DNA of 64,000 nucleotides from Octopus sinensis (Eukaryota). Below are positions 14,308 through 27,745 of this stretch, piece after piece; position 1 is the stretch's first letter, and each line of letters opens with the position of its first letter. Position numbers and translations under genes: made by a program. The stretch spans positions 66,340,001-66,404,000 of the forward strand of contig NC_043007.1 of the NCBI RefSeq assembly GCF_006345805.1, in the 5' to 3' direction. The notes under the pieces were generated by a model. The model did not search any database. It saw nothing but the letters and a program-made list of their open reading frames with translations, and was not told the origin of the DNA.

Positions 14308-14560
14308 AAGAGAGAGATAAAGAAAGAGAAAGAGAAAGAAAGAGATTGGAAAGGAAGTTGAAAGAGAGTATGAATGAAAGAAAAAGAGTGAGAAATGAGA
14401 AACAAGAGAGTGAAAGAGAAAGAGAAACAGACAGATACAATGAGACATAGAGAGGAGTGAAAAATGAAATGGAAGGAAGTTAGGAATAATATGGGAAATC
14501 CGTGAGTGCAAAAGAGAAACTCCGAGAACAACTGAAAGAAAAGAAGAGACAGAGACACAC
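13525..14560. repeat. Degenerate (GA)n/(GACA)n purine-rich tract
   Basis: Directly visible; produces the stop-free Ser/Leu/Val/Cys ORFs on the minus strand. Confidence 0.9.
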
Positions 14561-14876
14561 ACACCACTTACACACTCACGGAACATTCACGCACATATAG
14601 CAATTGTATACACACAAACACATATGCACACTCACATAGAGAGAAAAGCGATGGAAAAAAGAGGGAAATTATTTTCGGTGTACGAACGAAAAATATGCCA
14701 ATACCGCCGCTGCCACCAACACCGCCACCACCCCAGTTGCCACCACCGTAGTCGCCACCACTGCCACCATCAGCCACACTACCACCACCACCACCACGAT
14801 TGTATATAGTGAAAGTAAAAGTAGAAATATCATGTAATGTAAACACTTCAAAAAGAGAGAAAAATCTCACGAGAAA

Positions 14877-14926
<50 letters not shown>

Positions 14927-15389
14927 CAGCAACAACAATAATGTTTTCTTTATTAATAATGATAACAACAACAGTAACAACAAAACAATAAATGTCGCAT
15001 TTGATCAATTCAATCTATTTTTCGAACCACGTGACCCGATTCCGGCGTTGGAATTTTTTCGCTCATCACATCCATTCTTCTCAGCCATTCTAGTTGCTAA
15101 AAATCTCAAACCTGAGCGACATCCGGTGTTTTCAACAAACTTTTGCGTTTATGCTGTCTTTTATTGTTGTTATTGTTGCCATTGTTATTGACGCTTGTTC
15201 TTCTTGTTCTTCATTTTTCTTTTTTTTTTGTTTTCCCCCTTGCTTGTTATTATTGATATTATTATTACAGTGTTTTTATGTTTGTGACTGTGTCCGTGTA
15301 TGTATGTGTGCGAATATGTGTGTGTATAAACTTTCAATTATATTATGTACATGAGTATAAACATATATATATGTGCATGTATATGTATG

Positions 15390-15437
<48 letters not shown>

Positions 15438-15707
15438 CTGTAAACATATATACACAAACACACGCACACATACACGTATATCTGTGCGTATGTTTGTATC
15501 GATATATATCTGTCTTCAGACACGCACGCACACACACACACACACACACATGCACAACCACACACACATACACACACACACTCACACATATATAAGGGTG
15601 TTTATTTTGTATTACGTTCTTTTATACATCTGTAAATGTTTTATCTTCGCTGGATCTATACTTTCTGTTTATCATGTGATCTTGTGGCAAATAAAACTGT
15701 TTAATTC

Positions 15708-15739
<32 letters not shown>

Positions 15740-16061
15740 GTGGTAGTAGTAGTAGTATAGTAGTAGTAGTAGTAGTGGTGGTGGTGGTGGTGGTGTGGTG
15801 GTGGTGTGGTGGTGGTGGTGGTGGTGGTGGTGGTGGTGGTGGTTTCAAAATAATTAGGGGAACGGAAGAAATGCTTTGCAGTATTTGTTTCCGGTTTTTT
15901 TTTTCGATCCGAGTTCAAATCAGGCATTCCGTCCTTCCTGCATCGACAAAATAAACTATCAGTTCTGTACTGCGGTCCATGGTATCATCTCCTCCACCTT
16001 CATGCGAAATTGGTGGCATTGTGCCTAAATTTCGAAATTATTATTATTACTATTATTATTA

Positions 16062-16114
<53 letters not shown>

Positions 16115-16115
<1 letters not shown>

Positions 16116-16223
16116 GAGTGAGAGAGCAGTGCATGCCATCAAAGTGACACTGGGGTAAAATATACGAAGCCCAATATACCCATCATGACTACCCGTCTGA
16201 TAAAGGTACACCAGGCACATGCA
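16115..16223 (-). mobile_element. Short terminal fragment of the (TAA)n-associated ~540-bp element
   Basis: Nearly identical to 16309-16410 and 22135-22235; flanked by (ATT)n. Confidence 0.8.
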
Positions 16224-16232
16224 TTATTATTA

Positions 16233-16308
<76 letters not shown>

Positions 16309-16309
<1 letters not shown>

Positions 16310-16836
16310 GAGTGAGGGAGCGGCACATGCCATCGAAGTGACACTAGGTTAGAATATACGGAGCCCAGAATACCCATCATGATTACCTGTCTGATAAGGG
16401 TAAATCAGGCACATGCATCGCAAACATATGTGCACGACATGGTGAGCTTATATCAAGATAAACAGCGCATGACCTTGCAGGTGGAGTCCAGTTAAGATTT
16501 TCGTCGGCTAAGTAGCCCATCCCGCTGAAAAGGTCCCTGAATAAGGTTTGTTTAAGGGTGATGAATAAAACACCCATGTTTCCAGAGGTGAACTATTCAA
16601 ATCCCGAAGAATTCCTCTCAACACATGGCTATGATGCTCCCCCAGAGATGCACATATCGTCAGCCACTAAGGGACATGCTCAACTGGTTAAGGTCATGCA
16701 ACTGACAAGCACATCTGTGCTATGGAGCAGAATATTTGCTGTAGCCCATCATTTATATCAAGACAATGTACATAACACTTCCAATGAGTTAAGATCAGAA
16801 GCCATGACAGCCACTGTCTGGTACTGCATCAGGGCA
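16309..16836 (-). mobile_element. ~530-bp non-coding interspersed element embedded in (TAA)n
   Basis: Collinear with 22135-22687; (ATT)n on both sides. Strand is inferred from the sharp end abutting the tract. Confidence 0.75.
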
Positions 16837-16888
16837 GTTATTATTATTATTACTTTTATTATTATTATTATTTTATTATTATTATTAG

Positions 16889-16928
<40 letters not shown>

Positions 16929-16930
16929 GC

Positions 16931-16964
<34 letters not shown>

Positions 16965-16989
16965 ATTATCATTATTATCATCATCATTT

Positions 16990-17112
16990 AGTAGTCTTAT
17001 TTTTGTCACGCACTTTCACTGCACTACCGAGCGCAGTTCTGTGTGCCTTGGGTATGTGCTGTGGTATGTTGTGATGCTCTTACTTTTACTGCATTGAAAG
17101 CGTTTTATGTAG
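16990..17112 (-). mobile_element. 3'-end fragment of the R4/Dong-like LINE
   Basis: Matches the reverse complement of 39020-39140; abuts a TTA/TCA tract. Confidence 0.88.
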
Positions 17113-17119
17113 GAGTAAT

Positions 17120-18230
17120 GTGAACAGCGCGGGGGTAATTTGAAATCGGTTTCAAGTTACTCCCACCGGTAGTCTGAAATCGATTTCAGGTTATCGGGAT
17201 GTAGGTGCAAACCAAGGAGAGCGATTGGTACCTGAAATACCGCCAGTTACTCACAGACCTCTACGAGTCGGACAATGCGGTTGAAAAAGTTCCATCATGG
17301 TATTTTATAGAAAATTTCTGGTGAGTAAGAGCTACGAAGTTTTCGTGGTAACTCTGGGCATCAATGAACATCAACTGATTGGTTTTCCTGGAGGACTGTC
17401 GGGTAAGTGCTCACGGATAATTTCCAGAAACCTATAGTCTGGCAATGCTACCAGGAGATCATTGCTGGTTCGAGATAATTTCTTATTTCTTTACTGCCCA
17501 CAAGGGGCTAAACATAGAGGGGACAAACAAGGACTGACAAAGGGATTAAGTCTATTACATCGACCCCAGTGCGTAACTGGTACTTAATTTATCGACCCCG
17601 AATGGATGAAAGGCAAAGTCGACCTAGGCGGAATTTGAACTCAGCATTTCGCCAGGCATGCTAACGTTTCTGCCAGCTCGCCGCTGGTTCGAGATAATTT
17701 CTACGGGAATAGAAGTGCTGCCAGCCGCACCTGTCCGAGATGCGCACAGAGCGACTAAACCGTTCTGCTAGTACAGTGCTCCAGAATTCCTGCCTTGTGG
17801 AGTTATGTCGAAGAGCTGCTATCACGCTTAGAATGAATCTGGCTATCAACTGACTCTATCATGAAGCTCGTCCTGCTACCTCCCTTAAGTAGACAAGAGC
17901 AAGCAGTCTCGTGGCTATAGCTAAAGAGGTTGTGTTGCGGACGACATTGAAAGGACTGAAAGCAGGTTCATTACTTTTCGAAGAAAGCCCCATCGACTTT
18001 CCATTTGAAAAAGAAGATGAAGGCTGAGAGGAATGTGCTGCCTTCCCAGTAAATTTGTTGAGAAGTGGATAAATGTGACAAGTATGGCACCAGTGAATAG
18101 GACTACTCTAACCTGGCACATCTAGGCTGAAAAGTACGAAAATGAGAGATGCATTAGCAGGTACTCCTCATGAGTAAGCTGGTTAGAGACCTGAGTATTT
18201 TTCCTAAAGGGGTAGGGTTATCAAAATTTT
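17120..18230 (+). mobile_element. Decayed Tx1/L1-like 3' region interrupted by a SINE
   Basis: SRTCPRCAQSD at ~17720-17755 is homologous to 8930-8965; similar upstream WQCYQ/WQCYR motif. Confidence 0.7.
17484..17682 (-). mobile_element. SINE family B with a 20-bp target-site duplication
   Basis: gctggttcgagataatttct occurs at 17464-17483 and 17683-17702. Confidence 0.9.
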
Positions 18231-18446
18231 CTCGCTAAATGTTATTGTTCTTTGTTGTTTGTACTCATTTATGTAAGTCACTAGTGTATATTCTCTGTAT
18301 TATTCTAAATGTCTTTTCCAGTCTACATCATCATCATCATCATCATCATCATCACTGTTGTCATCGTCGTCATTTTCAGTGTCATTATTATTATATTATT
18401 ATTATTATTATTATTATCATTATTATTATCATTATTATTATTATTA

Positions 18447-18480
<34 letters not shown>

Positions 18481-18484
<4 letters not shown>

Positions 18485-18655
18485 TAAATTTATTTTTATA
18501 GCGTGCTTTCACTTCACTACCGAGTGCAGCTCTGTGTGCCTTGGGTATGTGCTGTGATTTGTTGTGATGCTCTGATGATTATTGTATGGAAAGTGTTCTG
18601 CGTAGGATGTGTGCAGTGCCTAGTAGTGCAATTTTCTGTGCAATTTTCTCTATGT
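18481..18655 (-). mobile_element. 3'-end fragment of the R4/Dong-like LINE
   Basis: Matches the 3' UTR and last codons of the 35.9-39.1 kb element; (ATT)n on both sides. Confidence 0.9.
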
Positions 18656-18701
18656 TATTATTATTATTATTATTATTATTATATTATTATTATTATTATT
18701 A

Positions 18702-18734
<33 letters not shown>

Positions 18735-18942
18735 GGTGAACTGGCAGAATCGTGAGCACCCCGGGAAAATGCTTAGCGGCGTTTCGCCCGTTGCTATGTT
18801 CTGAATTCAAATTCCTCTGGTGTCGACTTTACCTTTCACCCTTTCGGGGTCGATAAATTAAGTACTGGTGAAACACTGGGTTCGATGTAATCGACTAGTC
18901 CCCCTCCCCCTAAATTTCAGGCCTTGTGCCTATATTAGAAAG
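18735..18942 (+). mobile_element. SINE family B with (ATT/ATC)n tail
   Basis: Family similarity. Confidence 0.85.
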
Positions 18943-18965
18943 GATTATCATTATTATCATCATCA

Positions 18966-19023
<58 letters not shown>

Positions 19024-19027
19024 TATT

Positions 19028-19104
<77 letters not shown>

Positions 19105-19689
19105 CATTATTATCATTATTATTATTATCATTATTATCATTATTATTATTATTATCATTATTATCATTAAACATCTTTCATTCGTTACACTAAAACTTGA
19201 AATTGTTTATTTATTAATTTAACGTGATTTGATTTGATTTCGTTTTCATCATCTGCCTTCTAATCTAATCAACTTTAAAAAAATTTTTTTTTAATATTTT
19301 CTTTCGCTCTCAAGTCTTTATTCTCCTATACTCATACTTTCACATTCACCCGCTCTCTTTGTCTCACAAAGTCTTTCTGTTTCTTAGACTTTCTGCTTTT
19401 CTTTAAGTCTTCTGGATCGTTGAATTTCTTTCTAAATGAGACACTGCAAATATGCATCCATGTTATTCATCTAGACAGCTCACCCCTACACACGACCACT
19501 CCCCGCCACTCGACGCTCTCAGACTTCATTAAACAACACCTCTCCCTCCCTTCCTCTCTCTCTCTCTCTCTCTCCATTCTCCATTTGCCAACCCTCTCTT
19601 CTGTTCATTAGTAATCTTGTCTATCAGTATTTGTTAGTGAACAAACGACAAATTCTAGTCACATAACTGAGAGGAGTAAACGAAAGATG

Positions 19690-19975
19690 TCGGGAGAGGA
19701 AGAAGAAATGGGGAGGACGGCAATGAAGGAGTGGATCGAGAAGAAGAAGACGAAGAAGAAGAAGAAGAAGAAGGAGGAGGAGGAGGAGAAGCAGAAGAAG
19801 AAGATGAAGAAGAAATGATGATGATGATGTTGTTGTTGTTGTTGTTGTTGTTGGCGGTGGTGGCGGTGCTGGCGGTGCTGGCGGTGCTGGCGGTGGCTGC
19901 GATGATGATGATCACCACCATCAACAACTACAAAAGCCATCATGTGCCCTACCCCATTGTCTTCATCATCATCAT

Positions 19976-20008
<33 letters not shown>

Positions 20009-20420
20009 AATCATCATCATCATTATCATCATCATCGTCATCATTATCATCATCATCATTACCATAAAAAATCATGATATTGCTCTTTCGTCTTCATTGA
20101 TATTACTATTATCAACGATATCATGATCATTCTCAGTGATGATGATGATGATGGCGACGATGACGAGACGATGACTACGACGACGACGACGAAGGTGGCG
20201 AGGGCAACGACGACGACGATGATGATGATGATGATTTGGTGCTGGTGGGGGCAACGATGACGATGGTGCAGCTGCTATTGCAACTGCTGCTCATGATGAC
20301 GGTGATAGTGATGATATTGGTGATCGTGATGATGGCGGTGGTAATACTGATGGAAGATGAGGAAGAATGACGAAGGAGGAGGGCAAAAACAAGAACAACA
20401 ACAACAGCAACAATAACAGT
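19690..20420. repeat. Compound trinucleotide microsatellite field (GAA/GAT/GGC/CAT/CGA)
   Basis: Directly visible. Confidence 0.9.
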
Positions 20421-20742
20421 TAGACCTATTATGACAAAGACAACGGTGGTTACAACAGCTATAACTACCTCAACAACATTCGATTACAGTTCAGAAAATG
20501 TAATTCCAATATATTAAACTATATTTCAAATCCTTATTATTTTGATAGGACCAACTCTAGTAACAGTAATGTGAAAACTGAGAAGAAAGTAATGGAGAGC
20601 TTCCAGCAAGTAGCTAACTCCATCCACCAAAGTGTCATGGTAACGGACAGAGTCAAAACTATTGAAAAGTTTGCAAGACGCAACGAAAATTTTACAAAAC
20701 TAAAAAAAGAAATAAATGGAAATTTTACCGGTGAAGTTTATT

Positions 20743-20888
20743 AGGCGCAGGAGTAGCTGTGTGGTAAGTAGCTTGCTTACCAGCCACATGGTTCCGGGTT
20801 CATTCCCACTGCGTGGCACCTTGAGCAAGTGTCTTCTACTATAGCCTCGGGCCGACCAAAGCCTGTGAGTGAATTTGGTAAACGGAAG

Positions 20889-20967
<79 letters not shown>

Positions 20968-21229
20968 GTATGTATGTATGTGTGTATGCGTGTGTATATA
21001 TGTTTGTGTGTCGTTTTTATCCCCCCTCAACATCTCTTGACAACCGATGGTGGCGTGTTTGCGTCCCGCAAAAGAGACCGATAAAATTAGTACTAGGCTT
21101 AACCTAGAGGTTCGGCAAAAGTGAATAAGTACTAGGCTTACAAAGAATAATTCCTGGGGTCGATTTGCTCGATTAATAGGCGGTGCTCCAGCATGGCTGC
21201 AGTCAAGTGACTGAAACAAGTAAAAGAGT
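20743..21229 (+). mobile_element. tRNA-derived SINE, family A, with internal (TA)n/(TG)n tract
   Basis: A-box-like tagctgtgtggt and B-box-like gggttcattcc, followed by ggcaccttgagcaagt (CORE-like), a microsatellite, and a conserved 3' half ending taaaagag. Confidence 0.88.
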
Positions 21230-21341
21230 ACGCTATTTTTGAAGCTATAGATTTAGAATTAAAAAATTAGACCGCTCTTGCTCGTATATTACTATTAACC
21301 GTGCTGCAGAATCTTTAGACAGAGATAATGAGAGTGGTGTT

Positions 21342-21630
21342 AAGCTGGCAGAATCGTTAGCACCGCGGGCGAAATGCTTAGCAGTATTTTGTCTGCCTTT
21401 ATGTCTGAGTTCAAATTCCGCCGATGTCGACTTTGCCTTTCATCCATTCGGGGTCGATAAATTAAGTACCATTTGCGTACTGGTGTCGATCCAATCGAAT
21501 GGCCCCCTCCCACCAAAATTTCGGGCCTTATGCCAAGAGTGAAAAAGAATCGTTAGAAAGCCAGACAAAATGCTTAGCAGCATTTCTTCCGGCTTTTAAC
21601 GTATAAGAATCGATAAAATAAGCAACAGTT
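21342..21630 (+). mobile_element. SINE family B (full copy plus partial copy)
   Basis: Family similarity. Confidence 0.8.
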
Positions 21631-21707
21631 TTGCGTCGTTGTACACGACTTGCCCTTACCACTCAAACTGATGATCTTGTACCAAAACTTGCAGCATTCT
21701 TCTTCTT

Positions 21708-21778
<71 letters not shown>

Positions 21779-21850
21779 CATCATTATTATCATTATTATT
21801 ATTGTTATTATTATTATTTTATTATTATTATTATTATTATTATTATCATA

Positions 21851-22068
21851 AGGTGATGATCTGGCAGAATTCCTAACAAGCTGGGCGAAATACTTCACGG
21901 TATTTCGTCTGTCACTATGTTCTGAGTTCAAATTCCACCGAGGTCGACTTTGTCTTTCATCCTTTCGGGATCGACAAATTAAGCATCAGTAAAACACTGG
22001 GTTTGATATAATCGACTAATCCCCATCCTATGAATTTGAAGTCTTGTCTCTCCAGTAGAAAGAAATAT
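21851..22068 (+). mobile_element. SINE family B with (ATT)n tail
   Basis: Family similarity. Confidence 0.82.
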
Positions 22069-22092
22069 TATTATTATTATTATTGTTGCTGC

Positions 22093-22134
<42 letters not shown>

Positions 22135-22135
<1 letters not shown>

Positions 22136-22687
22136 GAGTGAGAGAGCAGTGCATGCCATCAAAGTGACACTGGCGTAAAATATACGAAGTATACCCATCA
22201 TGACTACGTGTCTGGTAGGGGTACACTATGCACATGCATCACAGCCATATGTGCGCGACATGGCGATCTCATATCAAGATAAGCAGCACATGACCTTGCA
22301 GTGTGGTGGGGGGGGGGAATAGTTTGAATTTTCTTCAAGTCGTGTAGCCCGTCCTGCTCAAAAGGTCCCTGAATAAGGGTTGTTTAAGGATGTTGAACGA
22401 AACACCCTTGTTTCCAGAGGTGAATTATTCAAACCCCAAAGAATCCCTCTTAACACATGGCTGTGATGCTCCCCCACGACTTCTGCTCGTATTCAGAGAT
22501 GCACATATCGTCAGCCACTAAAGGATATGCTCAACTGCTTAATGTCAAACATCTGACAAGCAAATCTGTGGTATTGAGCAGAATATTTGGTGTAGCCCAT
22601 CTTTTAAACCAAGACAAAACAATGTACATGATAACACCGCCGATCAGTTAAGATAAGAAGCAATGAGAGCCAGTGCCTGGTACTGCA
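22135..22687 (-). mobile_element. ~550-bp non-coding element embedded in (TAA)n, second full copy
   Basis: Collinear with 16309-16836; ATT triplets on both sides. Confidence 0.75.
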
Positions 22688-22717
22688 TTATTATTATTAT
22701 TGTTGTTGTTGTTGTTA

Positions 22718-22748
<31 letters not shown>

Positions 22749-22794
22749 TGCTCTTGCTCTTCTTCTTCTTCTTCTTCTTATATTATTATTATTA

Positions 22795-22852
<58 letters not shown>

Positions 22853-22854
22853 AG

Positions 22855-23052
22855 TGGTGAGCTGGCAGAATCGTTAGGACGCCGGGCAAAAATACGTAAG
22901 GTGTTTCGTCCGACTTCACGGTCTGAGTTCTAATTCCACCGGGATTGGCTTTGTGTTTTGTCCTTTCGGGGTCGATGAAGTAAGTACCAGTTAAACACTG
23001 GGATGGATGTAATCGACCTATCTTATCCCGCAGAAATGCTGTCGAAATTTGA
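22855..23052 (+). mobile_element. SINE family B
   Basis: Family similarity. Confidence 0.8.
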
Positions 23053-23610
23053 AATTGTCATTGTTATTATTGATCATATTTATATTCAACCAGTTATGAA
23101 TAATATATTTTCACGAGACACTCAAGTATTGCCACGATTTTTAAAACTTCACATTATACTTTTAAAAATCGGTGTAGTATCGTTAGAGAATTACTGCTAT
23201 ACATACCTATAGTTAATGGTGGTGGTTATGGAATCCCGTCGTCCAACAATGAGGATTCAGCTGTTCGATTAACTGTACTATCTACTTCTGAATTAACAAT
23301 TCAGTGACTGAGTATTCCAAAGTTACGTGTACCCTTGACGTATTTTCTCTGAAGTGTGTGGGAGAAGGCTTCTCCTTCAACATTACAAGAACAATTCTCA
23401 GGAAAGCGTTACTATGCTGTTTCAGTCACGCAGTTTCACTCACAAGATATGCATCAACTCGAGGCAATAGAAAATCATATTTGCTCCAGTTGCGACGAAG
23501 TAGGATCGAAAACGAGACCTCGTGGTTTCGAAACGAGCTTTTTAATCATTCGGCTACACTGCTTCTATGCAGTGGCAGCATATAATATTTAATGTAAATA
23601 CATTTAATAT

Positions 23611-23770
23611 AGGCGCAGACTTAACTGTGTAGTAAGAAGTTTACCTCTTAATATCATGGTTTGTATTCAGTTACAGTCACTCGTGCGCAACTGTCTTCTA
23701 CTATAGCCCCGGGTCGACCAACAACTTTACGTCAGTGAATTTGGCAGATGGAAACTGAAAGAAGACCGTC
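23611..23770 (+). mobile_element. SINE family A, 5' half
   Basis: Family similarity up to gaagaccgtc, then (TA)n. Confidence 0.75.
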
Positions 23771-23786
23771 ATATATATATATATAT

Positions 23787-23825
<39 letters not shown>

Positions 23826-23878
23826 GAGAGAGAGCAATAAGGGATCAATAGGTGGTTCACCTCTAAATTTCTTGGAAT

Positions 23879-23950
<72 letters not shown>

Positions 23951-24105
23951 TTTATACATACATACATATACATATATATGTATATTATATATATATATAT
24001 ATATCTATATATATATATAATATATATATATTATATATTTATATATTTATATATATATATATTTATATATTTATATACATACATACATACATATATATAT
24101 ATATA

Positions 24106-24591
24106 GTCGAACACATACACGAGGTATGTGTTGTTAGTTAGTCGGGCGGCCGCATTTTTTAGGCGAGAGAATATATTCTCGATGCACTTGGTGTAAAAAC
24201 ACCCGAAAGCAAGTCATAAGCAAGTGAGACAACTCACATCAAATCCCTTCTTTTTTTTATTTTCGGAGCGACAGGCATCAGTGTTTCGTCATTGTTTTGA
24301 CTTGTCAATGCCAAATACCGAAGAGAGTCTGCTGTGAGCTGGCTAACTGAATGACTTAAGAATCAACTGCTGGCATGTTCCAGCATGTCATGTCACAGAA
24401 AAATTCAAATATTAATTAGAAGCAGCTCGAGGTAAATGAACAAAGTCGAATACACATACACGAGGCGTACGTGTTACTAGCTTGTCGGGCGGCTGCGTTT
24501 TTCAGGCGTAAGAGAATATATTCTCAATGCACTTGGTGTAAAACACCCGAAAACAAGTCATAGCTAAGGGAGACAACTCATATCAAATCCC
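24106..24591 (-). repeat. Partial tandem repeat with ~339-bp period (arms 24106-24247 and 24445-24591) containing an HHR-like motif at 24274-24312
   Basis: Arms are clearly homologous with scattered substitutions. Minus strand reads ggca-TTGACAA-gtc-aaaacaat-gac-GAAAC-actga-tgcc. Confidence 0.7.
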
Positions 24592-24614
24592 ATATGTGTG
24601 TGTGTGTGTGTGTG

Positions 24615-24649
<35 letters not shown>

Positions 24650-24689
24650 TGTGTGTAAGTATGTATGTACGTGTGTATGTATGTATACA

Positions 24690-24812
24690 TGGTTCAAATG
24701 TACAGAAAACAAAAGACAGACAGGTGAGGGAACAACAAGCAAGTGAATTAATTTGACGCTCGGTAAAAATGGAAAAGTCTTTGACGTTTCGAGCCGACGC
24801 ACTTTGAAAGGG
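24690..24812 (-). mobile_element. Degenerate copy of the HHR-bearing repeat family seen at 55.5 and 62.4 kb
   Basis: Retains gctcGAAACGTCaaag on the minus strand but the CUGANGA half is deleted. Confidence 0.6.
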
Positions 24813-24837
24813 ATGATATATATGTAATCGAGTGCAT

Positions 24838-24890
<53 letters not shown>

Positions 24891-25758
24891 CGTGCGTGTG
24901 TGTGTGTTTACTTACCCCGTAACTTATCGGCAAAACGGGATCGATATGCTAAGTTGAATATGGCTTAAATAATTATGCACTAGAGTCATTTGTTCGACTA
25001 AACCCTTCAAGCTACCATGCTTGAAATCCATTGCTACCATGCCCCACTGCTAAACCCACTGCTACCATGCACCACGATGGTAGCAGTGCAATGACTGAAA
25101 CAAGTTAAAGACGAAAGATAGTGTATAAACTCATGGAAGATATCTACAATTATTAAACAATACCTAAACTTCCCGTACGGCCATCATAATTTCTCAACTC
25201 CGCTTTATTATTCACATACAGAGTATTGCTTCTTGCACAAAAGTTTTTGGTATACGTTTGTGATGTTAATTACCATACACACGTGTATATATGCATGTAC
25301 ACATAATTTGATATGCAAAGGTATACATGTATGAGTGTGTGTATGTGTGCGTACGGTTTATTTTTCTTGTGTCTGCTCGCCATCCAATACATATAAATTC
25401 GCACAAACTCCCATACAGCTTTACCCAAGCCAATGTGCCTAAAAGGGCTAGAAACCTTTGGAGTGTGAATATAGAGATACACATGTATTTTTGCCCACAG
25501 TTGAGCGAATCCTTAAAAGTGCAATAACATCCATAGATCGCCAGACAGCTCCTTTGAACGAAAATGATGGCAGCGTTGTGTTTAGTGCTTCAGTGAGTGA
25601 AGAGAGAGTGGGGTGAGAGTAATGCAACAAAGAGAGAGAGAGAAACGGGAATGATGGGATGAATTATGTGTGACAGTGACAGTATAGGAGAAAAAATATA
25701 AAGCGCAGAACTACAATTATCACAGACTCAGATTAATTGAATTACATATACGTATATG

Positions 25759-25790
<32 letters not shown>

Positions 25791-26032
25791 ATATTATATT
25801 ATATATATAATATATATAATATATATATATATATAGTGTGTGTGTGTGTGTGTACGATATATATATATATATATATAACATATATATACGTATATATATA
25901 CATACATATATATATTTATACACATACATATATTTGTGTGTGGTGTGTATATATATGTATATATATATATACAACATGTATCTACACACATATTTATATG
26001 CATATATACATACATAAATATATATGCATATA

Positions 26033-26082
<50 letters not shown>

Positions 26083-26858
26083 TATATGCATACATATATA
26101 AAATATTTGTATACATGTACAGGCATACATACACATTCACACTCACACACACAAACACAAACACACATACATATATATGTGTGTGTGTGCATACATATAT
26201 ATATATGTATGCATAAATATGCGTATACACACATACACACATATATACATACATGCATACATACATACATACATACATACATACATACATACATACATAC
26301 ATACATACATACATACATACATGCATATATATGGAGGGCAAGACAGACAGATTCAGTCAAAAAGGGAATAAGAGCAAAACAGAAAAACGTCGCAGTAATA
26401 GAAGTGAATAAAATAAAATAAAGAAAATAGAAAGAAATATAAATTATAAAATGGAAACTTGTTTCGAGAGAACTCCAAGCAACGTGAAGTATGTTGTGAC
26501 CGCAAGGCATGCCGGGATATTTCAGCAATCGCGCGCCAAGTGAAAAGAATATGGTTATGCGAAAACGGATGTTCTTAATTGTCTGTGAGATTCTGAAGGA
26601 GATGCGGGTTGTACCAGTATGAAGCAAAGAGCATAGTCTGGTTGGTTTGTTCACCGGGACACCCTAGTTATTTGGCTGAGACTGGCAGACGAAATATTGC
26701 TAGATGTTACATAGGAATATACGTTCTGTCTATCTGTCTGTCTATCAATTTATGTGTGTGTGTATGTGTGTGTATCCGGATAAGTGTGTGGACTAGAACG
26801 ACAAAGAAAGTAAAAGAATAGACAAATTGCTGAAGACACACGTATATATGTATGTTTG

Positions 26859-26934
<76 letters not shown>

Positions 26935-26991
26935 CACAGAAAAACAGGCAGGCAGACAGACAGGAAGGCAAGTAGGCAGACAGACTGACGG

Positions 26992-27022
<31 letters not shown>

Positions 27023-27026
27023 AATG

Positions 27027-27058
<32 letters not shown>

Positions 27059-27084
27059 TATTACATACATATATATATATATGT

Positions 27085-27139
<55 letters not shown>

Positions 27140-27625
27140 ATATATATATATATACATATATATGATGTGTATATATATTATATATATATATTATATAATA
27201 TATATTATATATATATATTATATATATATTATATACGTATGTCTATTCATACGCACATATATATCTTCGTACATACATGTGGCGAGAGAAAAATCTAGCT
27301 TTCTCTTTCTCTCTCTCACACTCTCACTCTCTCTTTATATGCGTATGTCTGTGTGTGCGTGATATAGTGTTGGTTATTTTGATTAGTCTCTGCTTTGTGC
27401 AGAGGCAGCAGATATATGTATGACCAATTAAACACAATAATGCAGAAAAGATGTCAGTCATATTGTTTCTAAGATTATATTAGTTATACTTCCTTTTGAA
27501 ACGACAGCAGTTATGCCTGTAACTTGTGAGTGCTAACGTACATATGCCTCGCACAAACAAACACACACACACAAACAGACACGCACACACACATACACGC
27601 ATACTCACACACAGATATATATATA

Positions 27626-27745
27626 GGGTGGTTCAAAAGTCGGCATACCCAAGAACAAATATTTTTGTATAAGATACAGTTTTTTATTGAATTGTTTCTT
27701 ATAAAAAAATTTTTCCCTATGGATGGTGACTTTTGAATCACCGTT
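27626..27745. mobile_element. Small Tc1/mariner-type MITE remnant
   Basis: Imperfect TIRs ggtggttcaaaagtc / gacttttgaatcacc within a TA tract. Confidence 0.6.

Noticed and set aside
13380-14586. Longest ORFs in the track (395 and 382 aa, minus strand)
   Set aside because: Translations of a degenerate (TC)/(TGTC) tract that is open in several frames; no domain signal.
16812-16836. Terminal hairpin cctg-atgcagtac-cag (minus strand) resembling U2 snRNA loop IV
   Set aside because: Only 8-9 nt of identity, with no other U2 sequence nearby.
26609-26720. [21 protein letters not shown] resembles a GIY-YIG N-terminus
   Set aside because: Lacks the key Tyr and Gly residues and has no downstream continuation. 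More likely a non-coding repeat or LTR fragment; needs an HMM test.
25720-27362. Many overlapping Tyr/Ile/His/Thr ORFs here and at 54.2-56.8 kb
   Set aside because: Artefacts of (TA)n, (CA)n and (TACA)n repeats.
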